From Gemmatimonadota bacterium (lineage in GTDB: Bacteria; 4572-55; J002), in the NCBI GenBank assembly GCA_003697105.1, contig RFFQ01000009.1:1-40099 (forward strand): a DNA stretch of 40,099 nt, in the 5' to 3' direction. Positions 6,908-15,882 of the stretch are shown one piece after another. Each line of letters begins with the position of its first letter. The stretch's first letter is position 1. Made by a program: the position numbers and the translations under genes. The notes under the pieces were generated by a model. The model was not told where the DNA came from. It worked only from the letters and a program-made list of their open reading frames with translations, and ran no database searches.

Positions 6908-8911
6908 GTGAATTTAATGAACTCCATTTTGGATCAGGTCAATATTCAAACGGTTCTAAACGATTATGCTGAGATTCTCCAGATGCCGTTGGCGCTTCTC
7001 CGCCCTAACTGCAGCCTAATTGCGGTCGCGGAAACCATCCCGTTCACAGAAGATGTAACTACGTGCCATCCCTACTTACCTACCCCCGAATTCCTCATGT
7101 TTCAGGATGACCATGATCGGCTATGGACGGTAACACCACTGTCTGTCCACAATCACTCCGTAGAAGGATATTTGGTCAGCTATGAGATGCCACCGGAGAA
7201 CAATCGGGCGCTATTAGAACGGGTCAACCGCCTGATGGGATATCATCTGGTGCAATTGCTCATTAAAGACCTTAAAATACATCAAAAAGAGCAAGAACTG
7301 ACCCACCGTTACGAGGAACTTGAATTCCTTTATGAGGTGGGTGAGGTACTTAACAACATTTTTGATGTGCAGGAAGCCACCCAGCGCATTCTCTCCAAAG
7401 CGATGGAAGTCCTAAAAGTGGATAAAGGCTCCGTAATGCTCGTCGATAAACAGGGTGAGATGACGATTTTCGCCTCCAAGGGTATCCCAGCAGAGATCGC
7501 CCGAAAAACACGGGTGCGCCCCGGCGAAGGTATCTCTGGAAAAGTATTGGAAACCGGAGAACCGATGTTCTCCGAAAATATTGAACAAGAAGTGTACTAC
7601 CAAAACAAAGCCTTCAAACAGTACCGCTCCGGTACATTTATGAGCCTGCCAATCTCGCTCCCGACCGCCGGTAACAAACGTAAGATTCTGGGTGTATTGA
7701 ACTTAAATGATAAGATCAATGAAGAACCCTTCCACGCCAATGATCTGAAATTAGCCGGAATGATTGCCACTCAAGCGGCAATTTTCATTGAAAATGCACA
7801 AAATTATGAGAATATCCTCAATGAAAAGAAAAAGTTTGAAACGATCCTCACCGGCATGGGGGATGGCGTGATTGTTACCGATGAGAAATGCCAAGTGATC
7901 CTGATCAACAACATGGCTCGGAAATTATTGGAACTACCGAAATCCCAAGGGCTGGGTGACAATTTTTATGACATAATTGCCGCGTTTCAACTCTCGCTTC
8001 CGCTGGATTATCTCCGCAAAACCACCACCGAGACCCTCCATTACGAGGTCACAATTCGGGAACACCCCCTGCGCGTTTGTACGGCAACCATGACCCGCAT
8101 CTATGATAAAGACCAACGGTTGGTAAATACAATTGTCCTATTGCATGATATTACCGTAGAAAAAACGCAAGAATTGATGAAAACAGAGTTTCTCTCTTTA
8201 ATTTCGCACAAACTCCGCACACCTTTGGTCGGTTTAGTGGGCTATCCCCAATTTTTACTGGATGAAACATTGGGTAAACTAAATGACCAACAACGGCAAG
8301 CCATTGAAACTATCGGTAAACAAAGCCAATATTTGACCCGTTTAGTCGATCAACTCCTGCGCTTCACTGAACTGGAAAGCCAAAAATTGGAACTCCACAT
8401 TGAGGCACAGCACCCATACTTGCTCCTCAAAGCCGCTATCGATGAAAATATGAAAACCGCGAAACAAAAACAGATCGACCTCCAGCTAGACGCTAAAAAC
8501 CTTCCTCCATTTATCTATGTGGACGGAGAACGGGTGATCGAAATCCTAACTAATCTGATTAACAATGCGATCAAATTCAGCCCGGAAAATTCTGTTGTTC
8601 AGGTCAGTGCGGAAAAATTGAACGCCGAATGGTTGGAAATCCGTATAAAAGATAACGGAATCGGCATTGAAGCCGAGCATCTTGAACTCATTTTTGAGCG
8701 TTTCTATCAGGTGGAAGAATATTTTACCGGTCAGATTGAAGGAGTCGGTTTGGGACTTTCCGTTGTCAAACATCTGGTAGAAGCCCATCAAGGCAAAGTC
8801 TGGACAGAAAGTGTTTATGGAAAAGGGAGTACATTCTTTGTCCATTTGCCGATATCCCGATTGAAATCGCTTGCCAAATATGATTTTGACGAACTTGACT
8901 CCCAATATTAA
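6908..8911 (+). CDS. Cytoplasmic sensor histidine kinase (N-terminal sensor, GAF, PAS, HisKA, HATPase)
   Basis: GAF (GEGISGKV, GVLNL), PAS (MGDGVIVTD...INNMA), H-box SHKLRTPL, N-box NLINNAIKF, and G-boxes DNGIGI and GVGLGL; no TM segments. Confidence 0.93.
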   Translation: MNLMNSILDQVNIQTVLNDYAEILQMPLALLRPNCSLIAVAETIPFTEDVTTCHPYLPTPEFLMFQDDHDRLWTVTPLSVHNHSVEGYLVSYEMPPENNRALLERVNRLMGYHLVQLLIKDLKIHQKEQELTHRYEELEFLYEVGEVLNNIFDVQEATQRILSKAMEVLKVDKGSVMLVDKQGEMTIFASKGIPAEIARKTRVRPGEGISGKVLETGEPMFSENIEQEVYYQNKAFKQYRSGTFMSLPISLPTAGNKRKILGVLNLNDKINEEPFHANDLKLAGMIATQAAIFIENAQNYENILNEKKKFETILTGMGDGVIVTDEKCQVILINNMARKLLELPKSQGLGDNFYDIIAAFQLSLPLDYLRKTTTETLHYEVTIREHPLRVCTATMTRIYDKDQRLVNTIVLLHDITVEKTQELMKTEFLSLISHKLRTPLVGLVGYPQFLLDETLGKLNDQQRQAIETIGKQSQYLTRLVDQLLRFTELESQKLELHIEAQHPYLLLKAAIDENMKTAKQKQIDLQLDAKNLPPFIYVDGERVIEILTNLINNAIKFSPENSVVQVSAEKLNAEWLEIRIKDNGIGIEAEHLELIFERFYQVEEYFTGQIEGVGLGLSVVKHLVEAHQGKVWTESVYGKGSTFFVHLPISRLKSLAKYDFDELDSQY

Positions 8912-9047
8912 GACGTTTCTGATATTTTTACAGGGTTTAAGCCGTTCTATTACCAAACTCGATTCACCGGATTTCCAGAACGGATAGCCCGGGATTCCCT
9001 CAAAAAAAACCAGCAGACCCCATATCAATCTTATTGTACGAGATAAC

Positions 9048-9779
9048 ATGATGACTACACTTCTTTATTTAGAGCACCAACAGCAACTGACAGGTATTGC
9101 CCGAATCACCCAGATGCGTACCAGCGATTCTCACGGGGAAATTGAACTCGATCAGACCCTGTTTTACCCGCGAGGCGGCGGGCAACCAGCAGATATAGGG
9201 CAAATCGAAACGGAGACCGGCACATTTAAGGTCAACGATGTACGGATGCAAGATGGAATTGTTATCCATGTGGGAAAGGTGATCCGTGGATCCATGAAAG
9301 TGGGGCAGGACGCCACGTTACACGTTGATGCTACGGTACGGGAGCATCATGCCCAATTACATACGGCGGGACATTTGCTGGATGTCGCCATGCTCCATAC
9401 CGGCTTTGGATTCCCCCCCAATAAAGGGTATCACTACCCGGATAGCCCCTATGTGGAATATACCGGTATCATTCCCCCCGAAGACCGTCCCCGTGCCAAG
9501 ACTGCCTTAGAAACAGAAATGGATCGATTACGGTCTGAAGGGTTTGAGGTGCAACATCGCATTGTCCAGGCTGAGGATGTGCCACAATTGTGTTATGCGG
9601 TGCCAAGCCAACTTCCGGCGGACAAACCGATTCGCATTGTGACGGTCTATGGCGATAAAGGGATTCCCTGCGGTGGTACTCATGTGGCGAATATCAACCA
9701 ATTAAAACCCGTTCGGATAAAAAAAATCAAGGTGAAAAGCGGAAAAACCCGTATCACATATGTTCTCGAAGCGACATAA
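9048..9779 (+). CDS. alaX: Alanyl-tRNA editing protein (AlaX)
   Basis: DQTLFYPRGGGQPAD and the Zn-binding HTAGH and CGGTH motifs; stand-alone, 243 aa. Confidence 0.9.
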   Translation: MMTTLLYLEHQQQLTGIARITQMRTSDSHGEIELDQTLFYPRGGGQPADIGQIETETGTFKVNDVRMQDGIVIHVGKVIRGSMKVGQDATLHVDATVREHHAQLHTAGHLLDVAMLHTGFGFPPNKGYHYPDSPYVEYTGIIPPEDRPRAKTALETEMDRLRSEGFEVQHRIVQAEDVPQLCYAVPSQLPADKPIRIVTVYGDKGIPCGGTHVANINQLKPVRIKKIKVKSGKTRITYVLEAT

Positions 9780-9913
9780 GCGAAAATATTTTTACGGGAT
9801 TTATCCGATCCGGTACTCAAAATAAGATAGCAAGATACCGATAAGAATAAATTTGGGTTGGAGACAAAATAAACGGGGACGATAACCTTCCCCTTCCAGC
9901 CCGGTTTTTCATA

Positions 9914-9957
9914 ATAAAACCGGCGAAGATGATAATATTGATCTTCGCCGGTTTTAT
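9914..9957. terminator. Bidirectional intrinsic terminator
   Basis: Perfect 17-bp inverted repeat ATAAAACCGGCGAAGAT / ATCTTCGCCGGTTTTAT between the convergent alaX and cytochrome genes. Confidence 0.8.
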
Positions 9958-9978
9958 GTTGGGGTTTTTGGTTACGAT

Positions 9979-11214
9979 TTACTTTTTAGCGCGTAACTCT
10001 TCATCCATTGCTTTAATTTCGGCTAAATCCCGCTTCATTTCGCTCCAGCCGTACCATAGTGCATAGTCTGGGTTGTGATGAAAGGTACCTTGAAAGGTAC
10101 GCATCCGGTGTTTCAGATGCATCTCAAACAGCGTGTGTTCAATCGGCGTGGGAGCATCATGAAAAGTAAGCAGATCGGGGAAGGCATAGGCATAACTTTC
10201 TGGCTTTTCCAGAATGCCATCTTGATAAAGTCCAGCAACAATCCGGATGGCTTCTGCCAATAACCGGTCTGCCTGACGGATCATTTGATCCCCTTTTTCC
10301 AACTCTGCTTTGGCAAAATTTTCTGAGTGGCATTGACTGCAGGCCTGGATCATCTTATTTCGCTCGGCATCAAATGCTTCCTGCGTTAAACGCGCGACAT
10401 CGGCGGCTTTCACCACTTCAAGTCGCTCGGTGGGATTACCTTCGGGGTCTAATACTCCAAGCGCCTGTAAAATCGTAACTTGGTCGGCTTGCCACTGTTC
10501 ATCTTCCGGTAGTGGGAGGCGCACCCCCAAAAATCCCCATGCCGTCCGAACTTCATGATTACCATCTTGCATATGGCAATCTTGGCAGGTCGGCGCCGCC
10601 ACCTCTTCCGGCAACGTTCCATTTTGTTTTAATAGATACCGTACACCATGTTTGGAACTCGAATACATCTCCCATTGCGGATGATCAAACCCCATATGGC
10701 AGGTTTGGCAGGCTTGCGGTTGTTGGGCTTCTTTTTTAGAAAACGTGTGACGGGTATGGCACGCATCACAGGATGCCACCCCGAACCCGGCGCCATGTGC
10801 TTTCAACTCCGCAATTTCTTCTTCGGATTTCAAACCGATCTTATGGCAACCGCCACAACCTTTCATACCGTCTGCCAATTCCATCGGTAACCAGTGCGTT
10901 GTGGGCATCGCTTTCATCGCCGCCCAAGCAAGCGCGTGCTTCCCTTTTTTGTACTGCTCAACTTGGTCGCTATGACACATGTCACAGGTTTCTGGAGTGG
11001 GTATCTCGACTTTCGCCACATCATCTGCCGAAGTATGATTCCCACCGTGACAAATGTCACAGGTGATTCCATTCTCGCTATGCAGACTGTTCTGCCAATC
11101 CGTAACAATGCCGGGAGTTACCTCCTTATGGCATTCAATACAATCTTGACTAAACCCTGTTGCTACCCACAACAGGGTCATAATACACACAAAAAGTATC
11201 GAACGTAAACGCAT
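9979..11214 (-). CDS. Octaheme cytochrome c, hydroxylamine oxidoreductase (HAO)-like family
   Basis: Eight CxxCH motifs (CIECH, CDICH, CDMCH, CGGCH, CDACH, CQTCH, CQDCH, CSQCH); HAO-like CHTRHTFS, CHMGFDHPQWEMY and FHHNPDY; signal peptide. Start at ATG 11214 behind AAGGAGG. Confidence 0.88.
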   Translation of the reverse strand: MRLRSILFVCIMTLLWVATGFSQDCIECHKEVTPGIVTDWQNSLHSENGITCDICHGGNHTSADDVAKVEIPTPETCDMCHSDQVEQYKKGKHALAWAAMKAMPTTHWLPMELADGMKGCGGCHKIGLKSEEEIAELKAHGAGFGVASCDACHTRHTFSKKEAQQPQACQTCHMGFDHPQWEMYSSSKHGVRYLLKQNGTLPEEVAAPTCQDCHMQDGNHEVRTAWGFLGVRLPLPEDEQWQADQVTILQALGVLDPEGNPTERLEVVKAADVARLTQEAFDAERNKMIQACSQCHSENFAKAELEKGDQMIRQADRLLAEAIRIVAGLYQDGILEKPESYAYAFPDLLTFHDAPTPIEHTLFEMHLKHRMRTFQGTFHHNPDYALWYGWSEMKRDLAEIKAMDEELRAKK

Positions 11215-11300
11215 AAAAATAACCCTCCTTACAGGTTGTGAATGATAGAAACGGTCTTTCAAAGACCTACACCGGAAGGAATAGGTCTGATACAGCAACG

Positions 11301-12485
11301 TTACCGGAAAATTGCAAGTAAGACACCGGCGCCTACAGCGGAACCGATCACACCAGCGACGTTAGGACCCATCGCGTGCATGATCAAAAAGTTATTTGGG
11401 TCTTCCTCCTGTCCAATGGTATGAACCACTCGCGCCGAATCCGGTACCGCAGAAACACCCGCCGCACCAATCAACGGATTGATTTTTTCTTTGGAGACCA
11501 AATTCATCAATTTGGCAAATAGAACCCCTGCCGCGGTTGCCACCATGAATGACAGCGCCCCCATAATGAAAATAACAATGGACTGGGGTTTAAGAAAGGT
11601 ACTAGCTTGGGTGCTTGCCCCGACAGTTACACCTAATAGGATCGTCACAATATCAATAAATGGGTTGCGTGCGGTACGGGCAAGACGTTCGGTCACCCCG
11701 CTCTCTTTTAGTAAATTTCCGAAGAAGAGCATCCCCAACAAGGGGAGTGCCCCCGGCGCAATAAAGGTACACACTAATAACCCGACAATCGGAAAGAGAA
11801 TTTTTTGAATCTTGGTTGCCGGAGGAGGAGGAGCCATGCGGATGAGCCGCTCTTCCCGGGTAGTGAGCAATTTCATGATAGGTGGCTGGATGACAGGTAC
11901 CAACGCCATGTATGAATACGCGGAAATTGCAATCGCTCCCAATAAATCTGGGGCAAGTTGGGAGGAGAGGAAAATTGCGGTAGGTCCATCTGCGCCACCA
12001 ATAATCCCGATAGAGGCGGCGGCACGCCGTAAACGTTCGTGCGCACCCAGCAAACCGGCGGGGTCATCCATCAGCCCGGTTCCCGGAAAGGTCGCGCCAA
12101 CCCAAATTGCGGCAATAAAGGTTGCAAAAATACCGATTTGGGCGGCAGCACCGAGTAAAATCAACTTTGGTTTGGAAATCAAACAGGAAAAATCGGTCAT
12201 TGCCCCGATTCCCATGAAAATCAACGGTGGATAAACCCCGTAGAGCACTCCAAAATACAAATACCGCAAAACACTACCATCTTCATAAATCCCGATACGC
12301 AAGCCTTCCGGGATGGGCACATTACCGATCAAAATACCAAAACCAATTGGCACCAGCAGGAGCGGCTCATAATCCTTTTTGATCGCGAGATAGATGAATA
12401 CACATCCGACGACGATCATAATCAAGTTGCCCAGCTCGAAATTGGTAAACCCGGACATGCTAAGATATTGTCGAAATTCTTGCAA
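11301..12485 (-). CDS. mmdB: Na+-translocating decarboxylase beta subunit
   Basis: YEPLLLVPIGFG, IGIIGGADGPTAI, SAYSYMALVPVIQPP, IGAAGVSAVP and HAMGPNVAGVIGS. Confidence 0.95.
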   Translation of the reverse strand: MQEFRQYLSMSGFTNFELGNLIMIVVGCVFIYLAIKKDYEPLLLVPIGFGILIGNVPIPEGLRIGIYEDGSVLRYLYFGVLYGVYPPLIFMGIGAMTDFSCLISKPKLILLGAAAQIGIFATFIAAIWVGATFPGTGLMDDPAGLLGAHERLRRAAASIGIIGGADGPTAIFLSSQLAPDLLGAIAISAYSYMALVPVIQPPIMKLLTTREERLIRMAPPPPATKIQKILFPIVGLLVCTFIAPGALPLLGMLFFGNLLKESGVTERLARTARNPFIDIVTILLGVTVGASTQASTFLKPQSIVIFIMGALSFMVATAAGVLFAKLMNLVSKEKINPLIGAAGVSAVPDSARVVHTIGQEEDPNNFLIMHAMGPNVAGVIGSAVGAGVLLAIFR

Positions 12486-12502
12486 AATCGCGCTCCTTCC
12501 GT

Positions 12503-12916
12503 TTATTCAAACGTGATCAAAACTTGACCTTGTTGAACGGAATCTCCGTTTTTCACGTTGACATTCTTGATCTTACCCGAAACGGGGGAACTGATGTTGG
12601 TGTTCATTTTCATGGCTTCGATGACGACTAACGGGTCATTTTCTTTTACACTCGCACCCGCACTGACCTTCACTTCGACCACCGTTCCAGCAATCGGCGA
12701 GGTCAGTTCTTTTTTATTTCCTCCCGGCTGTGGAACCGGCGGTGACGCGGGAGCTGCCGCTGGGGGCACCCCGACATTGGACGAAACGGGCGAGGGCAAC
12801 GGAGCCCCTGTGGTCTGTGGAAAACCATACGACGAACCGCCAAGTTCATCGTCTTCCAGAAGTTCCACTTCCACATCGTAAGTAGTGCCATTGACGGTCA
12901 CACGTAACTTTTTCAC
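12503..12916 (-). CDS. mmdC: Biotin carboxyl carrier (gamma) subunit of the decarboxylase
   Basis: N-terminal KKLRVTVNGTTYDVEVE, Pro/Ala linker and the biotinylation motif EAMKM. Confidence 0.93.
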   Translation of the reverse strand: MKKLRVTVNGTTYDVEVELLEDDELGGSSYGFPQTTGAPLPSPVSSNVGVPPAAAPASPPVPQPGGNKKELTSPIAGTVVEVKVSAGASVKENDPLVVIEAMKMNTNISSPVSGKIKNVNVKNGDSVQQGQVLITFE

Positions 12917-13026
12917 GAGTTACACTCCTTAATTTTATAAGAATGATGGTGATAAATAATAGCGGATAGATTCAGATGATGTTCTGCTGAAATGTTTCAG
13001 ACCCTTCAAGATTTTTAAATTAACAC

Positions 13027-13371
13027 TTATGGCTGTTTTTCAATCCGATGAGACGCCATAACAGTTGCTCGACCTTGAATCGACCACGAGCTCGCCTCCG
13101 CAGGACCGCTACGATATCGAATTTTACGAATCCGTGCTTTGCCGTAGGCGGCTAACACCGCCGCGGAAATTGCGGCAACAACTTCTGGTGAAACACCGTG
13201 AACGGAATCAGACACTACAGAGGCATCTCCGGTTTGGGGCGATTTAGAACGCGTCAATAACGTATCAACCCGGTCAAATAGGCTCAAAATCCACGCAATA
13301 ACGATCAATGCCCCAAATACAATGCTGATGCCAATCGCTGAAATTTTGACACCGTAAAGAATATCTTCCAT
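13027..13371 (-). CDS. mmdD: OadG/MmdD-family anchor subunit of the decarboxylase
   Basis: N-terminal TM (IGISIVFGALIVI), EVVAAISAAV and a C-terminal W..GR motif; lies between the alpha and BCCP genes. Confidence 0.85.
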   Translation of the reverse strand: MEDILYGVKISAIGISIVFGALIVIAWILSLFDRVDTLLTRSKSPQTGDASVVSDSVHGVSPEVVAAISAAVLAAYGKARIRKIRYRSGPAEASSWSIQGRATVMASHRIEKQP

Positions 13372-13449
13372 AACATGCTATCCTTGTGACTGTAACCCCA
13401 AATCAAAACCGGGATGTTTTTAGAATGAATACATCCCGCAACATACTAC

Positions 13450-13506
13450 ACTCACCAACTCCCGAACTCCCAAACTCCCAAACTCACTAAACTCACTAAA
13501 CTCAAT
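13450..13506. repeat. Imperfect 8-9 nt tandem repeat with an ACTC core, about 7 copies
   Basis: ACTCACCA ACTCCCGA ACTCCCAA ACTCCCAA ACTCACTAA ACTCACTAA ACTCAAT, directly after the mmdA stop. Confidence 0.8.
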
Positions 13507-15060
13507 TTATAATGGGATCAATCCGTGTTTTTTGTGTGGACGGAGTTCTCGTTTTGTTCGCAGCGACTCCAACGCCAAGCTAAGGTAGCGCCGGGTATCT
13601 TTAGGTTCAATAATATCATCGATCAGGTTTCGAGCCGCGCCGACGTACGGGTTCGCAAATTCCGTTTTATATTTTTCGATAAACTCTTGAGTTGCCGCCT
13701 GTTTATCTTCAGCCGCGTTGATCTCCTTGCGATACACAATGCCAACGGCGCCTTCGGCGCCCATCACCGCAATTTCACCGGTGGGCCAAGCACAAACCCG
13801 GTCACATCCTAGGTCTTTACCACACATTGCCAAATACGCACCTCCGTACGCTTTCCGCAAAATTACGGAAATTTTCGGTACGGTCGCCGCCGAATAGGCA
13901 AAGAGCATTTTGGCGCCGTGCCGGATAATTCCGCCGTACTCTTGTTGAATGCCGGGCATAAAACCGGGTACATCCACAAACGTGACCAACGGAATATTAA
14001 AAGCATTACAAAAGCGCACAAAACGGGAAATTTTATCCGAACTATCAATGTCCAGAACACCCGCTTTGACCATCGGTTGGTTACCGACGATACCCACAGT
14101 ACGCCCATTCAAGCGAGCAAAACCGACAATGGCGTTTGCGGCAAAATGGTCTTGAACTTCTAGGAAATCACCATTATCGATCACCCGCCGGATCACCTCC
14201 CGCATATCATAGGGTTCGCGGGGATTATCTGGGATGATCTGATTTAATGCTAAATCCTCTACAATGGTAAGCTCTCCATCACCGAAATCGGGAGGGTCTT
14301 CCATATTATTCGAAGGGAGGAAACTCAGCAATTTTTTGCAGATTTGAGCCGCGTGTTCATCATTTTCTGCCACAAAATGAACAACGCCACTATAGGTCAT
14401 TTGGGCATATACCCCGCCTAACTCTTCAGCGGAAATATCTTCCCCCGTGACCTGTTTAATGACCGAAGGTCCCGTGATAAACAACTTTCCGGTATTTTTG
14501 ACCATGATAATAAAGTCCGTCAGGGCAGGCGAGTAAGCGGCACCTCCGGCACAGGGACCGGCAATGATGGAAATCTGGGGCACAACCCCCGACAACAAAA
14601 CGTTGCGATAAAATATTTTCCCATAACCACTGAGCGAATCGATTCCTTCTTGGATGCGAGCACCGCCGCTGTCGTTCACAAAGATGAAAGGTGCGCCGCA
14701 TTTCAGGGACATGTCCATCATTTGACAAATCTTATCCGCATGCATTTCACCAACGGAGCCCCCAGAGACGGTAAAATCCTGCGATGCTACAAATACTTGC
14801 CGCCCGTCTATCGTCCCGCCAACCGTGACCACACCATCTCCGGGCAACTCCTTACCTGCCATCCCAAATGCGGTACCGCGATGCTTTGAAAATAGGAACA
14901 TCTCTTGTGTGGTTTCTGGGTCGAGTAGCAATGCCACCCGTTCCCGGGCAGTGAGCTTCCCAGCGGCATGTTGTTTTTCAATCCGCTTTTCACCTCCACC
15001 CTTCCACAAACGTGCTTTTTCTTCTCGTAACCGCCTGATTTTATCATTCGTTTTATCCAT
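13507..15060 (-). CDS. mmdA: Acyl-CoA carboxyltransferase, alpha subunit of a (probably methylmalonyl-CoA) decarboxylase
   Basis: GKLTARER, QDFTVSGGS, DSGGARIQEG, GPCAGGAAYSPALTD, DVPGFMPG, RKAYGGAY and a KKHGLIPL C-terminus; operonic with the beta, biotin carrier and anchor subunits. Confidence 0.92.
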   Translation of the reverse strand: MDKTNDKIRRLREEKARLWKGGGEKRIEKQHAAGKLTARERVALLLDPETTQEMFLFSKHRGTAFGMAGKELPGDGVVTVGGTIDGRQVFVASQDFTVSGGSVGEMHADKICQMMDMSLKCGAPFIFVNDSGGARIQEGIDSLSGYGKIFYRNVLLSGVVPQISIIAGPCAGGAAYSPALTDFIIMVKNTGKLFITGPSVIKQVTGEDISAEELGGVYAQMTYSGVVHFVAENDEHAAQICKKLLSFLPSNNMEDPPDFGDGELTIVEDLALNQIIPDNPREPYDMREVIRRVIDNGDFLEVQDHFAANAIVGFARLNGRTVGIVGNQPMVKAGVLDIDSSDKISRFVRFCNAFNIPLVTFVDVPGFMPGIQQEYGGIIRHGAKMLFAYSAATVPKISVILRKAYGGAYLAMCGKDLGCDRVCAWPTGEIAVMGAEGAVGIVYRKEINAAEDKQAATQEFIEKYKTEFANPYVGAARNLIDDIIEPKDTRRYLSLALESLRTKRELRPHKKHGLIPL

Positions 15061-15242
15061 AATCGATACGCCTTATAATAAAACATGAGCCGATCCGACC
15101 TAAAAAGTCGACTAATTTATCGGACATAACTTAGCACACTCACCCCCAGATTTCAATGATTTTTTCGCCTAAAATAGATAAAAACCTCTAAAAAGTGATA
15201 AAAACAACCTGCTTTTACCCAAACTCCGGTAAGATTTGATCC

Positions 15243-15272
15243 TTGACAAAAAAAGCAAAAACAGCATATCCT
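15243..15272 (+). promoter_or_regulatory. Sigma70-type promoter
   Basis: TTGACA (15243-15248), 18 bp spacer, TATCCT (15267-15272), upstream of the Cys-rich ORF. Confidence 0.5.
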
Positions 15273-15332
15273 TATAAACAAAGGGGGAGATAGAAGAAAT
15301 TGTTTATCCAACACAAAACGGGAGGTTTGGTC

Positions 15333-15782
15333 ATGTGCCACAAATCAACGGTTTACGAAATTGAAGTTACTGAAGGGTGTTTACCGTTGGATTTATCATG
15401 TCCCAACGGTTGTTCCTTGATGGACCCAGAGCTAACCATCCACGACCAACCTGCCATCCGGTTGAAATTTGAATTTGAAGGACACACCGGCGAATTATAT
15501 CTGGATGCCATTTACGGGCGTTATCATAGCATCGTGGATACATCTATCCCCCCACAAGCTACCGTTACATTTTACTGCCCAACCTGTAATGCGGTGCTTA
15601 ACCATGAGACCGCCCGTTGTGACAGTTGTGAAGCGCCACTATTTACCATGTATCTACCCGATGGGGCGATACATTATGTTTGCACCCGCTATGGCTGCCA
15701 TCATTCATATATTGTCTCCATTGATGGCGAAATTGAATATCATTTTATCAAAAAAGAAGATACAGACCCTACAGCGGCGTGA
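15333..15782 (+). CDS. Small Cys-rich putative metal-binding protein
   Basis: CPNGC, CPTC, CDSC and CTRYGC motifs; ATG 15333 behind GGAGG. Confidence 0.75.
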   Translation: MCHKSTVYEIEVTEGCLPLDLSCPNGCSLMDPELTIHDQPAIRLKFEFEGHTGELYLDAIYGRYHSIVDTSIPPQATVTFYCPTCNAVLNHETARCDSCEAPLFTMYLPDGAIHYVCTRYGCHHSYIVSIDGEIEYHFIKKEDTDPTAA

Positions 15783-15882
15783 TGCCTATTGACGATTCCG
15801 TGTGTATCATATATTTTCAAAAGCCAAATTTAACCCCAATTGGATACCCTAAAACCTGATTGCACCCGAGTACTATACCGGA

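Noticed and set aside
8546..9049. 167-aa minus-strand ORF, and similar antisense or alternate-frame ORFs over mmdB, batA, the PP2C gene and rtcB
   Set aside because: They overlap well-supported genes, have no recognisable motifs and are shadow ORFs.
12917..13026. Possible small mmdE gene between mmdD and mmdC
   Set aside because: No convincing ORF with an RBS in the 110-bp gap.
13450..13506. CRISPR array
   Set aside because: Units are 8-9 nt with no spacers; I saw no cas genes or 25-45 bp spaced repeats in the window.
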